DNA of 64,000 nucleotides, from IMG/VR virus record IMGVR_UViG_3300028388_003280, positions 32,001-96,000 of that record. One strand, given 5' to 3'. This stretch comes from a virus. This document shows, piece after piece, positions 8,166 to 17,429 of this stretch. The notes under the pieces were generated by a model. That model saw nothing but the letters and a program-made list of their open reading frames with translations, did not search any database and was not told the origin of the DNA. Numbering within the stretch: the first letter of the stretch is position 1; every line of letters starts with the position of its first letter. The position numbers and the translations under genes were made by a program.

Positions 8166-10012
8166 TGCCAAAACTAGTCGTCGTATTCTACGGCAGATTT
8201 CAGCCACCCCACCTGGGGCACATCGAGACGTATAAGGACCTGGCCAAGAAGTTCGGGTCCAAAAACGTGTACGTGGCGACATCTGATAAGACCGATCCTG
8301 ATCGCAGCCCGCTGCCGTTCAAGGTGAAGACTAAGCTGCTGCAGAACCTAGGCATTCCGGCGAGTCAGATTCTGAAGACTCGCCGAAACTACAATGCCGA
8401 CGAGATCAAGCAGGTGCTTGGTTTGAGAGACTTCTCTGACTTCATCTTCGTGGTGGCGGTCGGTGAGAAGGATGCTTCACGACTAGGCGGTGGGAAGTTC
8501 TTCCAGGAGTTCCCGAGATCAAAGAAAGACCTCCAGACTGCAGATCAGACTGGATACTACTTTGTCCGCCGCGGCAAGATGCGAAGTGCAACAAAGCTCC
8601 GTGATGTCTTGCGTCAGGATGAGCTCAGCGCGCAGGACCTCAAGTTCCTGATGCAGCAGACCGGTCTCAAGAAGCGGGGTGTGATGCAATTGAAGAAGCT
8701 CGTCGAACATCAACAGCGTAAGAAGACCTGGGGTGCACTACTTAACGGTCAGGCTGCACTACTTAGCGAGGGTGGTGCTGGTGGGCATATGCTCCACCCA
8801 TTTGAAGACCTCACTATGTCGTTTGGTGAGATGAAGAGCATCATCGAGGCCTCTTTCGACGGACAGCTCGACGTCGTCGCTAGCAAGGGCGGTGGTGACG
8901 TCCGCGAAAAGACTGACGGACAGAACCTGTTCGCAACGGTCATTGATGGTAAGGTCCGGTTCGCACGTAACAAGACACACCTCCGTAACCGTGGCCGCAA
9001 TGCCATGTCTATCAAGGACATCCAGACGAAGTGGGCAGACAAGCCAGACATCCAGGCTGCATTCCTTGATGGCGGCCGTGCATTGAAGAAGGGGTTTGAG
9101 TCCCTGCCGCAAAAGGTACAGGACGAGATCTTTGGAAACGGTGAGCGCTGGATCAACTTTGAGGTCATTTCACAGAAGAACCCCAACGTCATCAACTACG
9201 ACAAGGACCTGATTGTCTTCCACGATATCCAGGTCGTCGACATCAACGGAACTGTGACTGGTGTTGCAGCAAAGCAGTCTGCCAAGCTGTACAAGATCTT
9301 CGCAGATGCCGAGAAGCAGGCCGAGACCAAGATCCCCATCCAGCCCCCACCGTATGTCCGTGCCGCTACAGACATGAACCTCGACTTCGGACCTGAGAAG
9401 TACCGCTTCCTAGCAGACATTGACCGCTTCGCCAAGAAGTACGGCCTAGGGGACAGTGACACAGTGGGGGATGCGATGGTCACAGCGTGGAATCGCATGC
9501 TGGATGGTGTCGAGGACAAGTACACGGTCACCATCCCACCCGCACTTCGCCAAAAGCTCATCCAGCGCTTCGTCTATGGCAACAAGGCCTATCGTATCAC
9601 ATCGTTGCCAAAGGATCTTCCTGATGCTGCAGCCATCGACGCCATCAAGTCTATGGACAAGAGCTCGAGGGACATCAACAAGAGCATCATGGAGCCGCTA
9701 GAGCTCACTATCTTGGCATTTGGTACTGAGCTGTTGACGGCCATGAAGAAGTTCATCGCGGCGTCGCCTGAAAAGAGCGCCGCGAAGCTCAAGGCCGACA
9801 TCGACAAGCAGATCGCCACGATCCGCAAGTCCAAGAACGCTGAAGACATTGCCCGCATGGAAGTCATGCTCAAGAAGATCCAGGCTGCAGGCGGTTTCGA
9901 CAAGCTTGTTCCGTCTGAGGGACTTGTCTTCCGCTACAAGGGCAAGATCATCAAGATCACTGGCCTGTTCGCGCCAGTAAATCAACTCATGGGAATCGGG
10001 AGGTTCGGATGA
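8165..10012 (+). CDS. Fusion of HIGH-class nucleotidyltransferase (cytidylyltransferase/NMNAT-like) and ATP-dependent ligase-fold domain (DUF6267-like)
   Basis: GRFQPPHLGH and SATKLR; then LLSE/GGAGGHM, EKTDG, NFEVI, VFHDI, EGLVF, KIIK. Confidence 0.75.
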   Translation: MPKLVVVFYGRFQPPHLGHIETYKDLAKKFGSKNVYVATSDKTDPDRSPLPFKVKTKLLQNLGIPASQILKTRRNYNADEIKQVLGLRDFSDFIFVVAVGEKDASRLGGGKFFQEFPRSKKDLQTADQTGYYFVRRGKMRSATKLRDVLRQDELSAQDLKFLMQQTGLKKRGVMQLKKLVEHQQRKKTWGALLNGQAALLSEGGAGGHMLHPFEDLTMSFGEMKSIIEASFDGQLDVVASKGGGDVREKTDGQNLFATVIDGKVRFARNKTHLRNRGRNAMSIKDIQTKWADKPDIQAAFLDGGRALKKGFESLPQKVQDEIFGNGERWINFEVISQKNPNVINYDKDLIVFHDIQVVDINGTVTGVAAKQSAKLYKIFADAEKQAETKIPIQPPPYVRAATDMNLDFGPEKYRFLADIDRFAKKYGLGDSDTVGDAMVTAWNRMLDGVEDKYTVTIPPALRQKLIQRFVYGNKAYRITSLPKDLPDAAAIDAIKSMDKSSRDINKSIMEPLELTILAFGTELLTAMKKFIAASPEKSAAKLKADIDKQIATIRKSKNAEDIARMEVMLKKIQAAGGFDKLVPSEGLVFRYKGKIIKITGLFAPVNQLMGIGRFG

Positions 10013-10302
10013 GCAAGTATAAGCAGAGAATCAACGAGCTCGCGGGAACGGTCCGCGAAAGTTCTGGCAGTGCAAACCTCGAGCGTGTGCTCAAGAAGCT
10101 TGAAAAGAAGGGCGTGATGAAGTCTGGAGATATCCAGTATGTGCTCAGCAATGTATGGGCTGTTGAGCCTCGCAGCGTTGCGGACATGGACGATTTCCTC
10201 AATGGTGGCACTATTGGTGATGAGCCACAATGGCCAGCTGAGGAAATCTTTAAGGCATACAGGCGAGACGTCAAGGCCTCAACGCGTCGCCCAAAGTACT
10301 AG
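10009..10302 (+). CDS. Leader-family hypothetical protein
   Basis: MSKYKQRINELAGTVRE/S. Confidence 0.65.
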   Translation: MSKYKQRINELAGTVRESSGSANLERVLKKLEKKGVMKSGDIQYVLSNVWAVEPRSVADMDDFLNGGTIGDEPQWPAEEIFKAYRRDVKASTRRPKY

Positions 10303-10315
10303 GGTATTTAAACCT

Positions 10316-10528
10316 ATGAACCTTATCCAACGAGCACTATTTGAGCGAATGATCGACGGCGACCCTCAGATCCGCGAGCTATTTGAGGACTACGTCCGTA
10401 AGATGGGTCACAAGGATGAAGAGGCTTTGCAGATCGTCGAGTCGATCATCGCCGATGGTAAGAAGATTCTCAACGAAGATATGGACTTGGCTTCTATGGC
10501 CAAGATGGACAAGAGGAATGTGCTATGA
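10316..10528 (+). CDS. Hypothetical protein, possibly leaderless late transcript
   Basis: ATG is 5 nt after GTATTTA; no SD sequence. Confidence 0.6.
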   Translation: MNLIQRALFERMIDGDPQIRELFEDYVRKMGHKDEEALQIVESIIADGKKILNEDMDLASMAKMDKRNVL

Positions 10529-10935
10529 AGATTAGTGCACTACGAAAGATGATTCGTGAAGAGGTCCGCTCTGCGGTCCGCGCCGAGTTGAAGGCTGCAC
10601 TCAATGAGTCAGCCTCCCGCCCTGCTCCTCAGAAGCAATCAGGCGAGGGTCTAGATGCCCTCCGGGCCCGCTTCAAGCAGTCGCAGCAGGGCAGTCTTAC
10701 TGAGATGTATGACGGCTTGGAGGGAAGCAAGCCAAAGGGTCGATCGAACGCATCCGAGCCTGACAACCCCCGCGAGCTTCTTGAAAATGGAGAACCGTTC
10801 GCATCTGGGGCGGGTTTGCTTGAGTGGTTCAAAGAGTCGAAGGATGAAGCTGCCTTGGCTCAGCATGAGCAAGCGCTTGCTAAGCAGGCCAAAACTGACG
10901 AATACGTCAAGAATCTAATGGGGGGAAATCGATGA
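10525..10935 (+). CDS. Leader-family putative head protein
   Basis: MKISALRKMIREEVRSAVRAELKAALNE/S. Confidence 0.75.
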   Translation: MKISALRKMIREEVRSAVRAELKAALNESASRPAPQKQSGEGLDALRARFKQSQQGSLTEMYDGLEGSKPKGRSNASEPDNPRELLENGEPFASGAGLLEWFKESKDEAALAQHEQALAKQAKTDEYVKNLMGGNR

Positions 10936-11213
10936 AGCGTTCGGAGTTACGACAACTAATTCGCGAGGAGCTTGATCGCTCCATGGTGAGCGAGGCCAAG
11001 CTGCCTAAGCCTAAGTTCCTTACGAAGGACTGGTACAACAAGGCCTTCGCAGACTATGATGCAATTGAGCAGGCTGTTGGCAGCGAAGACTCTCGTGGAA
11101 ATTGGGGTCACGACCCCGACGTTCAGCGGCAGTTCGATTTGGTTGCAGACGCACTCAACAGTCTTGACACTCGCTGGAAGAAGCTACTCAGAATGGCAGC
11201 AAAGGTTCAATAA
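10932..11213 (+). CDS. Leader-family putative internal head protein
   Basis: MKRSELRQLIREELDRSMVSE/A. Confidence 0.75.
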   Translation: MKRSELRQLIREELDRSMVSEAKLPKPKFLTKDWYNKAFADYDAIEQAVGSEDSRGNWGHDPDVQRQFDLVADALNSLDTRWKKLLRMAAKVQ

Positions 11214-11551
11214 TGAAGAAGTCAGAACTACGACAGCTGATCCGTGAAGAGATTGAGGCCATCAATGAGATCAGTTTCAAGAATGCAATTCAAGCAATTG
11301 GGGCCAATCTCACCGGGCCAATCAAGAAGAAGCTGGCCAAGCCCGGGAGTGTGTGGCTAAACGGCCGGTCAGCAGATCCCGATGTTGATGATATGTGGGG
11401 CGGAATGAACAAGCGTGGCAAGATCGCGGTATTTGCCGACAAGACTGCAGCCAAGATTTGGGCCACCTCTGACCTTGACCGGGCCGGGACTTCTGAATGG
11501 TACAAGTACGTGAAAGCACATCCAATGCACAAGATGATTGGAAAGAAATAA
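11213..11551 (+). CDS. Leader-family putative internal head protein
   Basis: MKKSELRQLIREEIEAINE/I. Confidence 0.75.
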   Translation: MKKSELRQLIREEIEAINEISFKNAIQAIGANLTGPIKKKLAKPGSVWLNGRSADPDVDDMWGGMNKRGKIAVFADKTAAKIWATSDLDRAGTSEWYKYVKAHPMHKMIGKK

Positions 11552-11566
11552 CACATAGGTTACAAC

Positions 11567-12310
11567 ATGCCAGCAAAGAGTAAGAATCAACAGCAGGCCG
11601 CAGGTCAAGCTCTCGCCGCAAAACGTGGTGAGCTAGCTGTTTCTAAGCTTCAGGGTGCCGCCAAGGACATGTACGACAGCATGTCTGAGAAGGAGCTCGA
11701 GAAGTTCGCCAAGACTAAGCACGATGGCTTGCCGGACAAGGTCGAAGAGGGCGCCGGAGACATGCGCCTCCTAAAGGTTGCCGTCAAGCGGGGCGCCAAC
11801 GCAGCAAAGGCCAAGAAGAAGCGATCGCCATTGATGGATCCGAAGTTCATCAAGATGATTGACCTACCAGGCGCCCGCCCTGGCAAAGACTCGCCATACT
11901 TCAAGGCGTGGCTGAAGGGGTTTGATATGGAACGTATGAACGAAGTGCGACAGATCGTCCGAGAGATGATCCTTGAAGAGCTTAGTGAAGGTAAGCCCGA
12001 GTTCGAGGTCAAGTATGCTAAGAGCAAGAGTGGTCCGATCAAGGTCACAAAGTTCATGACCAAGGAAGAAGCTTTTGAATTCCTTGCCAAGATGAAAGCA
12101 GACGGCTTCAACGGAATCGTTTCGCGCGCCGGTAAGCCGATCAAGGAATCTAGGCTCAACGAGAACGAGGACCACATCCACCAGGCGATCGCCGAGGCAC
12201 TCAAGGGCGTCAAGGATTCAAAGGGTCGTCCGGTTCGCTATGCAATTGAGACGGTCGCAAAGGGCAACCGTGGTGAGATCAAGGTTAGCGTGTACGGATC
12301 TATTGACTGA
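11567..12310 (+). CDS. Multi-module protein with N-terminal DUF3008-like domain
   Basis: MPAKSKNQQQAAGQALAAKRG...SMSEKELEKFAKTK; internal leader-like VRQIVREMILEELSE. Confidence 0.75.
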   Translation: MPAKSKNQQQAAGQALAAKRGELAVSKLQGAAKDMYDSMSEKELEKFAKTKHDGLPDKVEEGAGDMRLLKVAVKRGANAAKAKKKRSPLMDPKFIKMIDLPGARPGKDSPYFKAWLKGFDMERMNEVRQIVREMILEELSEGKPEFEVKYAKSKSGPIKVTKFMTKEEAFEFLAKMKADGFNGIVSRAGKPIKESRLNENEDHIHQAIAEALKGVKDSKGRPVRYAIETVAKGNRGEIKVSVYGSID

Positions 12311-13704
12311 TGGCAGAATATCAGGGCAAGAAGGTAGAGTTGAACAAGCCGATCCGTGGAGGGTCGAAGAAGTTTTACGTCTATGTGAAGAATGATAAGG
12401 GCAACGTGGTCAAAGTCAGCTTCGGTGACCCGAACACTGACATCAAGAGAGACGACCCTGATCGCCGTTCAAACTTCCGCGCCCGCCACAACTGTGACGA
12501 CCCTGGCCCGAAGTGGAAAGCTAGATATTGGAGCTGCAAAATGTGGGGCAAGAAAAACGTATCTGATCTAACTGAGGAAGATCGCATGAAGGGTGAAGAC
12601 CCATGCTGGGACGACTACGAGATGGTCGGCAAGAAAATGAAGGATGGAAAAGAAGTGCCTAACTGTGTTCCAAAGAACGAAGCTGCTGGTAAGCACACCC
12701 GCCGCGGCCGCAGAGAGCGTAACAAGGCTCGCACTAAGGCAAAGGCCAACCGCCTCTCACCTAAGAAGATGGGCAGCAAGCCCGTCTCACGCCTTAAGAA
12801 AGAGGCACAGGGAGACTGGACCACCTTTGGCGATCTCCCCATCGGCGCCAAGTTCCGCTTCACTGAAGAAGACGCGGACATGTACACCAAGGTGAGTGAC
12901 ACGCACTTCCGTAACCGCAATGGCAAGAGCTACCGTGAAGAGCCAACCGTTGACGTGATTCAGCAAGAGGGACGCCTGGCAGAGTCTGACACCAGGGGTT
13001 GGGATCCTGAGCTCCTGAAGATTGCACGTAAGTTTGACCGTGACGAAGTTAACCTAGGCATCAAGATTGAGAAGGAGCATGACGAGGATCCAGCAACGGA
13101 CGTCGTCAAGGACAAGAACGACCTCCTCAAGATCGCACTGGCACACCTCGAAGAGGATCCAGAGTATTACACGCATCTAGTTGACATGGAGTCGAAGTTT
13201 GAGGACACCGATGAGGCGTATTCACCATCCGAGTATCCACAGTCCCGTGATCCGTATAACGATGACTCGACAATCCCAGGCACACATCAGAGTCAGACGG
13301 GCGCAATGCCCCGTGGTTTCCGCAACCGCAAACGTGGTAAGGTGGATCATAAGCCCCTCGGCCGCGAACGACCGAGGTTGAAGGAGCAATTCTTTGGTCG
13401 TAACCATGAGCGCGTGATGCGGTCAGCTGGATTGTTGAATGAATCGATGAGTCGCTGGTGCATGTTCTACAAGGCAAAGAACGGTGACTGGTATATGGAG
13501 CTTGCACCAAATGAATATGGCGATCAGCGGGATGCCACCACATACGGGCCGTTTAGTAGCATGGACGAAGCAGACGAATACCTCAGCCGGAATTTCTCAA
13601 ATCCGGGTTCCATGCACGTCGATTCCTCCGGCACGAAGCCGGTGCCGAAGAAAAGTCCTAGCGGACGACCAGTTCAGTCGCCAAATAGGCGAGGGTACTA
13701 CTAA
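12310..13704 (+). CDS. Multi-module putative head polyprotein (includes a DUF5661-like module)
   Basis: Modules FRARHNC...ARYWSC, PCWDDYEMVG...VPNCVP and GIKIEKEH...IALAHLEEDPEYY, separated by x-x-E sites. Confidence 0.7.
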   Translation: MAEYQGKKVELNKPIRGGSKKFYVYVKNDKGNVVKVSFGDPNTDIKRDDPDRRSNFRARHNCDDPGPKWKARYWSCKMWGKKNVSDLTEEDRMKGEDPCWDDYEMVGKKMKDGKEVPNCVPKNEAAGKHTRRGRRERNKARTKAKANRLSPKKMGSKPVSRLKKEAQGDWTTFGDLPIGAKFRFTEEDADMYTKVSDTHFRNRNGKSYREEPTVDVIQQEGRLAESDTRGWDPELLKIARKFDRDEVNLGIKIEKEHDEDPATDVVKDKNDLLKIALAHLEEDPEYYTHLVDMESKFEDTDEAYSPSEYPQSRDPYNDDSTIPGTHQSQTGAMPRGFRNRKRGKVDHKPLGRERPRLKEQFFGRNHERVMRSAGLLNESMSRWCMFYKAKNGDWYMELAPNEYGDQRDATTYGPFSSMDEADEYLSRNFSNPGSMHVDSSGTKPVPKKSPSGRPVQSPNRRGYY

Positions 13705-14180
13705 TGAAGAAGTCAGAGATCCGCCAGCTGATCCGAGAAGAGATTCAACGGCTGGATGAGGCAAGCTTCGTCAAGGGTAGGGGTGCAACGGGAAAGATCG
13801 AGCTCGAACGAGACCAGTCCCCAGCTGGTCATGGCTACAGCATCAACATTAACGGCGCCTGGGGCGGATTTTGGCCTGATGATCCTAGAGATGCAGCTGT
13901 AGTTGAGATGGCGATGGTCGATGATGGCACCGAATATGGTGAAAGCCCAATCGTACATAATATAGAACCAAAGCTTCTCTACATGCATGTACTACGGCGC
14001 CTAAAGGCAGCGGGTTTGCGCAGGGTCATCAACGCGATCCGCAAGGCAGCAAAAGTTCAGCCTAATAGTCCAATTAGGCAAAGCGGCGGCGTTCGCCTTC
14101 GCGCTCTTGTCAGACCAAGCCTAAAGGGTCCGGTCCGGTTCGTCGAGTACGACTGGGGAAGATTCGAGTTCAAGCTGTAA
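13704..14180 (+). CDS. Leader-family putative internal head protein
   Basis: MKKSEIRQLIREEIQRLDE/A. Confidence 0.75.
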   Translation: MKKSEIRQLIREEIQRLDEASFVKGRGATGKIELERDQSPAGHGYSININGAWGGFWPDDPRDAAVVEMAMVDDGTEYGESPIVHNIEPKLLYMHVLRRLKAAGLRRVINAIRKAAKVQPNSPIRQSGGVRLRALVRPSLKGPVRFVEYDWGRFEFKL

Positions 14181-14237
14181 ATGGTTTGCAACGGCAAGCT
14201 GTTCTGATACAACTGCTAGGTTCCCAAAGGAGACACA

Positions 14238-15389
14238 ATGGACAAGATCCGGGTTCTACTCGTTCCCTCCGACCCTTATGGTGTGGGTCACTACAGGTCA
14301 ATCTGGCCTGCCCAAATGATGCAGAAGCTGTACCCAGACGAATTCCATGTGGATGTGCGTCTACAACAGCCAGTCACAGATGCTGATCTCGGCAAGTTCG
14401 ACATCATCCATTTCCACCGCAGACTAAACAGTGAGAGCGAAACCCTCGAGTGGATCCGGAAGTTCAAGGAATCCGGCGCAGTGGTCATCTCTGACATCGA
14501 TGACTATTGGGTGCCGTTCCCTGGCCATCCGGCTCGCATGCTTGTTTTATCTAAGCAACTGCACCTCGACATCCAGGCTATCCAGAAGGCAGCTGACTGG
14601 GTGACGACTACCACCGAGTTATACGCCAAGCATCTGCGTAAGCTCAACAAGCGTGTTCACCTGATCCCAAACGCAGTTGATCCGGCTCTATCCATGTGGG
14701 ACCGTAAACGGGCGCCGGGTGACAAGGTGCGCGTCGGTTGGATTGGTGGATCTTCCCACGAGCGAGACCTTGCCCGCATCGAAGGCATGGCCAACAAGCT
14801 GTACAATGATCCAGACCTCAAAGACAAATTCCAGATCGTCATGTGCGGCTACGATACTCGTGGAACCATGACAGAGGTTGACCCCGAAACCGGAGAGCAG
14901 CGTACTCGCAAGCTCCGCCCAGAAGAGAGCGTGTGGAACAAGTTCGAAGCTATTTTCAACGACTATGGTCGCGCGCCCGAAGACGGCTACATCCGCAGGA
15001 CTACCCTCCCTATCACCCAATATGGGAAGCACTACAACTGGCTCGACGTTTCCCTGGCCCCACTGGATCAACATACGTTCAACGAGTGCAAGTCCGAGCT
15101 AAAGCTGATCGAGACCGGGATGCACAAGATCCCAATCGTGGCATCTGACCTCTACAGGTATGCAGAGCTCATCGACCACGGCAAAAACGGCTTCTTGGTG
15201 CAGCCCCGCAGGGATCACAAGGACTGGTACAAGTATGTCAAGCAGCTCATCCTCGACGAGGACATGAGGACAGAAATGGGTCAGGCCCTCTACGACACCG
15301 TCTATCCAACCTATACCATGGAGCAGCAAACGCGAGAGCGCTGCGAGTGGTACAGATCACTGGTTTCGCAAAAGGCTGTGCAGGCGTAG
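14238..15389 (+). CDS. Glycosyltransferase, GT-B fold (GT4-like)
   Basis: GVGHYR, DIDDYW, RVGWIGGSSHERD, LAPL...FNECKSELKLIE. Confidence 0.88.
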   Translation: MDKIRVLLVPSDPYGVGHYRSIWPAQMMQKLYPDEFHVDVRLQQPVTDADLGKFDIIHFHRRLNSESETLEWIRKFKESGAVVISDIDDYWVPFPGHPARMLVLSKQLHLDIQAIQKAADWVTTTTELYAKHLRKLNKRVHLIPNAVDPALSMWDRKRAPGDKVRVGWIGGSSHERDLARIEGMANKLYNDPDLKDKFQIVMCGYDTRGTMTEVDPETGEQRTRKLRPEESVWNKFEAIFNDYGRAPEDGYIRRTTLPITQYGKHYNWLDVSLAPLDQHTFNECKSELKLIETGMHKIPIVASDLYRYAELIDHGKNGFLVQPRRDHKDWYKYVKQLILDEDMRTEMGQALYDTVYPTYTMEQQTRERCEWYRSLVSQKAVQA

Positions 15390-15405
15390 CCGAGCACGGT
15401 AGGAT
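15376..15405 (+). promoter_or_regulatory. sigma70-type promoter
   Basis: CTGTGCA-N14-CGG-TAGGAT upstream of the HD gene. Confidence 0.6.
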
Positions 15406-15425
15406 TCTACAAACTGGAGGTTCCA

Positions 15426-16079
15426 ATGGAGTATCGCATGATGCGATTCGACGATGCCACTATCGAGAAAGTCATCACTTCGTGGCAGTCGCTTATCAAG
15501 CAGGTTGAGGATGATGACCTCGCCCGCAAGCTTGAGGTTTTCCTCAACGACAATGCAGATCAGTTCTTCACTGTCCCCGCCTCACCGTCTGTCAATTATG
15601 CTGCAGCCCACAACTGCATGCCTGGTGGTTTGGCTGAGCATACCCTCCGTGTGTATCGCAACTTCCACAAGCTTGTTCATGAGCACATGGACATGTTCGA
15701 CCACCCGGTGTCCGAGGACGACATCCTCGTCGCAGCCATGTTCCACGACATGGGCAAGATGGGTGACACACACAACCCATACTATCTTGAGCAGGACTCT
15801 GATTGGCACCGCCGCAGGGGCATGTTCTACCAGATGAATCCTGACATTGATTACATGCGTGTCCAGCATAGGTCTCTGTATCTCATGCAGCTCTATGGAA
15901 TCAAGGCCCCACTGCACGTGTTCAAGGCAGTGATGCTTCATGACGGCATGCACGACGAGTCGAACAAGCACTATTCCATGAAGGAGGGCCTGTTCGCACA
16001 ATTGCTCGCCCACGCCGATGTCATGGCAGCCGTTTGGGAACAGAAGCGTTACAATGACTGGCTTAGTGGGCTTGAATAG
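15426..16079 (+). CDS. HD-domain phosphohydrolase (YhaM-like HD domain)
   Basis: H..PGGLAEHTLRV, AMFHDMGK, HDG, AHAD. Confidence 0.85.
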   Translation: MEYRMMRFDDATIEKVITSWQSLIKQVEDDDLARKLEVFLNDNADQFFTVPASPSVNYAAAHNCMPGGLAEHTLRVYRNFHKLVHEHMDMFDHPVSEDDILVAAMFHDMGKMGDTHNPYYLEQDSDWHRRRGMFYQMNPDIDYMRVQHRSLYLMQLYGIKAPLHVFKAVMLHDGMHDESNKHYSMKEGLFAQLLAHADVMAAVWEQKRYNDWLSGLE

Positions 16080-16170
16080 TGCCTAAATCCTTAAACTGCA
16101 ATTTTGTCCATGTGAAGCCATGGCCATTATCGTACAATAAGAAATTTGGGCTAAAGGAGTTCAAAAACAC

Positions 16171-17031
16171 ATGAGTGCACCACAGCATCCAATCTTTAGC
16201 TTGACCGACGGCATCGATCGGCCGTACTATTTTGGCATCGGAGGGATCGGAGATTTCCTACTCTTGATGGCATCATTCTACGACAGCATCGAGCCTGGCT
16301 CTGTTGATGTGGTGTTCGTCGCCAACAACATGAAGCCCCTTCGTGACATGGTTGCAGAGCCAAAAGAGAATGATGCCGTCCAGGTTCAATACTTTGATCG
16401 GGTCAACCGGTTCTGGTTCTTCCCGCGGCAGTCGTTCCCACTGGATCCACGGCTGTGGGAGCTCTTACAGTCCGACCAGCGCTGTCAAGGCACTGGTGTC
16501 ACACCGAAGGAATTCAAGTACATCGAGGACTGGAACGAATGCGGCAAGACAAATGTGTTCGAGCACTACGATGTGCAGCGTCTACCGATCTGGGCTAGGA
16601 AGTGGCCCCTGTCGAAGGACGTCGCAGTCACGATCCAGCCGTTTGGTGGAGCTGACGACCCGACCAAGGTCAAGCGAATCAGCGACAGCGAACTTCGCAG
16701 CCTCGTCATCGAGGAATTCGCTGACGTTCGGTGCACCATCATCGGCTCACCGGACGAGATTCGCCACATTGCCGGTCTAGGGCTCCCTAACAGCCCAATC
16801 CTCATATCTGATATTCGCATGGCCATGAAAGCCATCAGGCAGTCAACTGTGTATGTCGGAACAGACTCTTGGGGGAAGACAATGGCAGCACTTGCTGGCG
16901 TCCCCGAGATCATCGTTTACAAGAACCGCTACATCAATGCAACGCCCCAGCAGATGTTCGGTCAAGATGTGGATCCGGGAGACTATGTCTTCCTCCACGA
17001 TTGGGGCTTTGAGTTCCGGGAGGAATCATGA
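16171..17031 (+). CDS. Glycosyltransferase, GT9-like
   Basis: GGIGDFL near the N-terminus; IQPFG; YVGTDSWGKTMAALAGVP. Confidence 0.65.
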   Translation: MSAPQHPIFSLTDGIDRPYYFGIGGIGDFLLLMASFYDSIEPGSVDVVFVANNMKPLRDMVAEPKENDAVQVQYFDRVNRFWFFPRQSFPLDPRLWELLQSDQRCQGTGVTPKEFKYIEDWNECGKTNVFEHYDVQRLPIWARKWPLSKDVAVTIQPFGGADDPTKVKRISDSELRSLVIEEFADVRCTIIGSPDEIRHIAGLGLPNSPILISDIRMAMKAIRQSTVYVGTDSWGKTMAALAGVPEIIVYKNRYINATPQQMFGQDVDPGDYVFLHDWGFEFREES

Positions 17032-17429
17032 CCACACGTAGTGTCCACAGCGTTCTTGCACCCATCTCAATCGGCGAAGCCCTTGACAAGCTGACCATCC
17101 TTGAGATCAAGGAAGAGAACATTGACGATCCGACAAAGCTCCATGCGATCCGATATGAAACAGCTCAGCTCGAGAACGCAATTCGACACCTTGATGTGTT
17201 TGCTACTGTAGGCGTTCAAGATCTCTACGCGGCACTCGATGCTATCAACCGTGAGCTGTGGGATGTGGAGGATACACTTCGCATTCTTGAAGCAAAAGAG
17301 GACTTCGGTACTGAGTTCATCGAGCTCGCAAGATCTGTGTACAGGCTCAACGACAATCGGGCCGGCATCAAGCGTGAGATCAACATCCTTACCGGCTCAG
17401 ATGTTGTTGAGGTGAAGAGCTATGCCTGA
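17028..17429 (+). CDS. DUF6165-like helical protein
   Basis: PISIGEALDKLTILEIK...LWDVED...ARSVY..ND.RA.IKREIN. Confidence 0.75.
   Translation: MTTRSVHSVLAPISIGEALDKLTILEIKEENIDDPTKLHAIRYETAQLENAIRHLDVFATVGVQDLYAALDAINRELWDVEDTLRILEAKEDFGTEFIELARSVYRLNDNRAGIKREINILTGSDVVEVKSYA

Noticed and set aside
5039-13760. Leader repeats as a DNA-level mobile repeat or DGR template/variable pair
   Set aside because: Differences are mostly synonymous rather than adenine-specific, and there is no reverse transcriptase in the window
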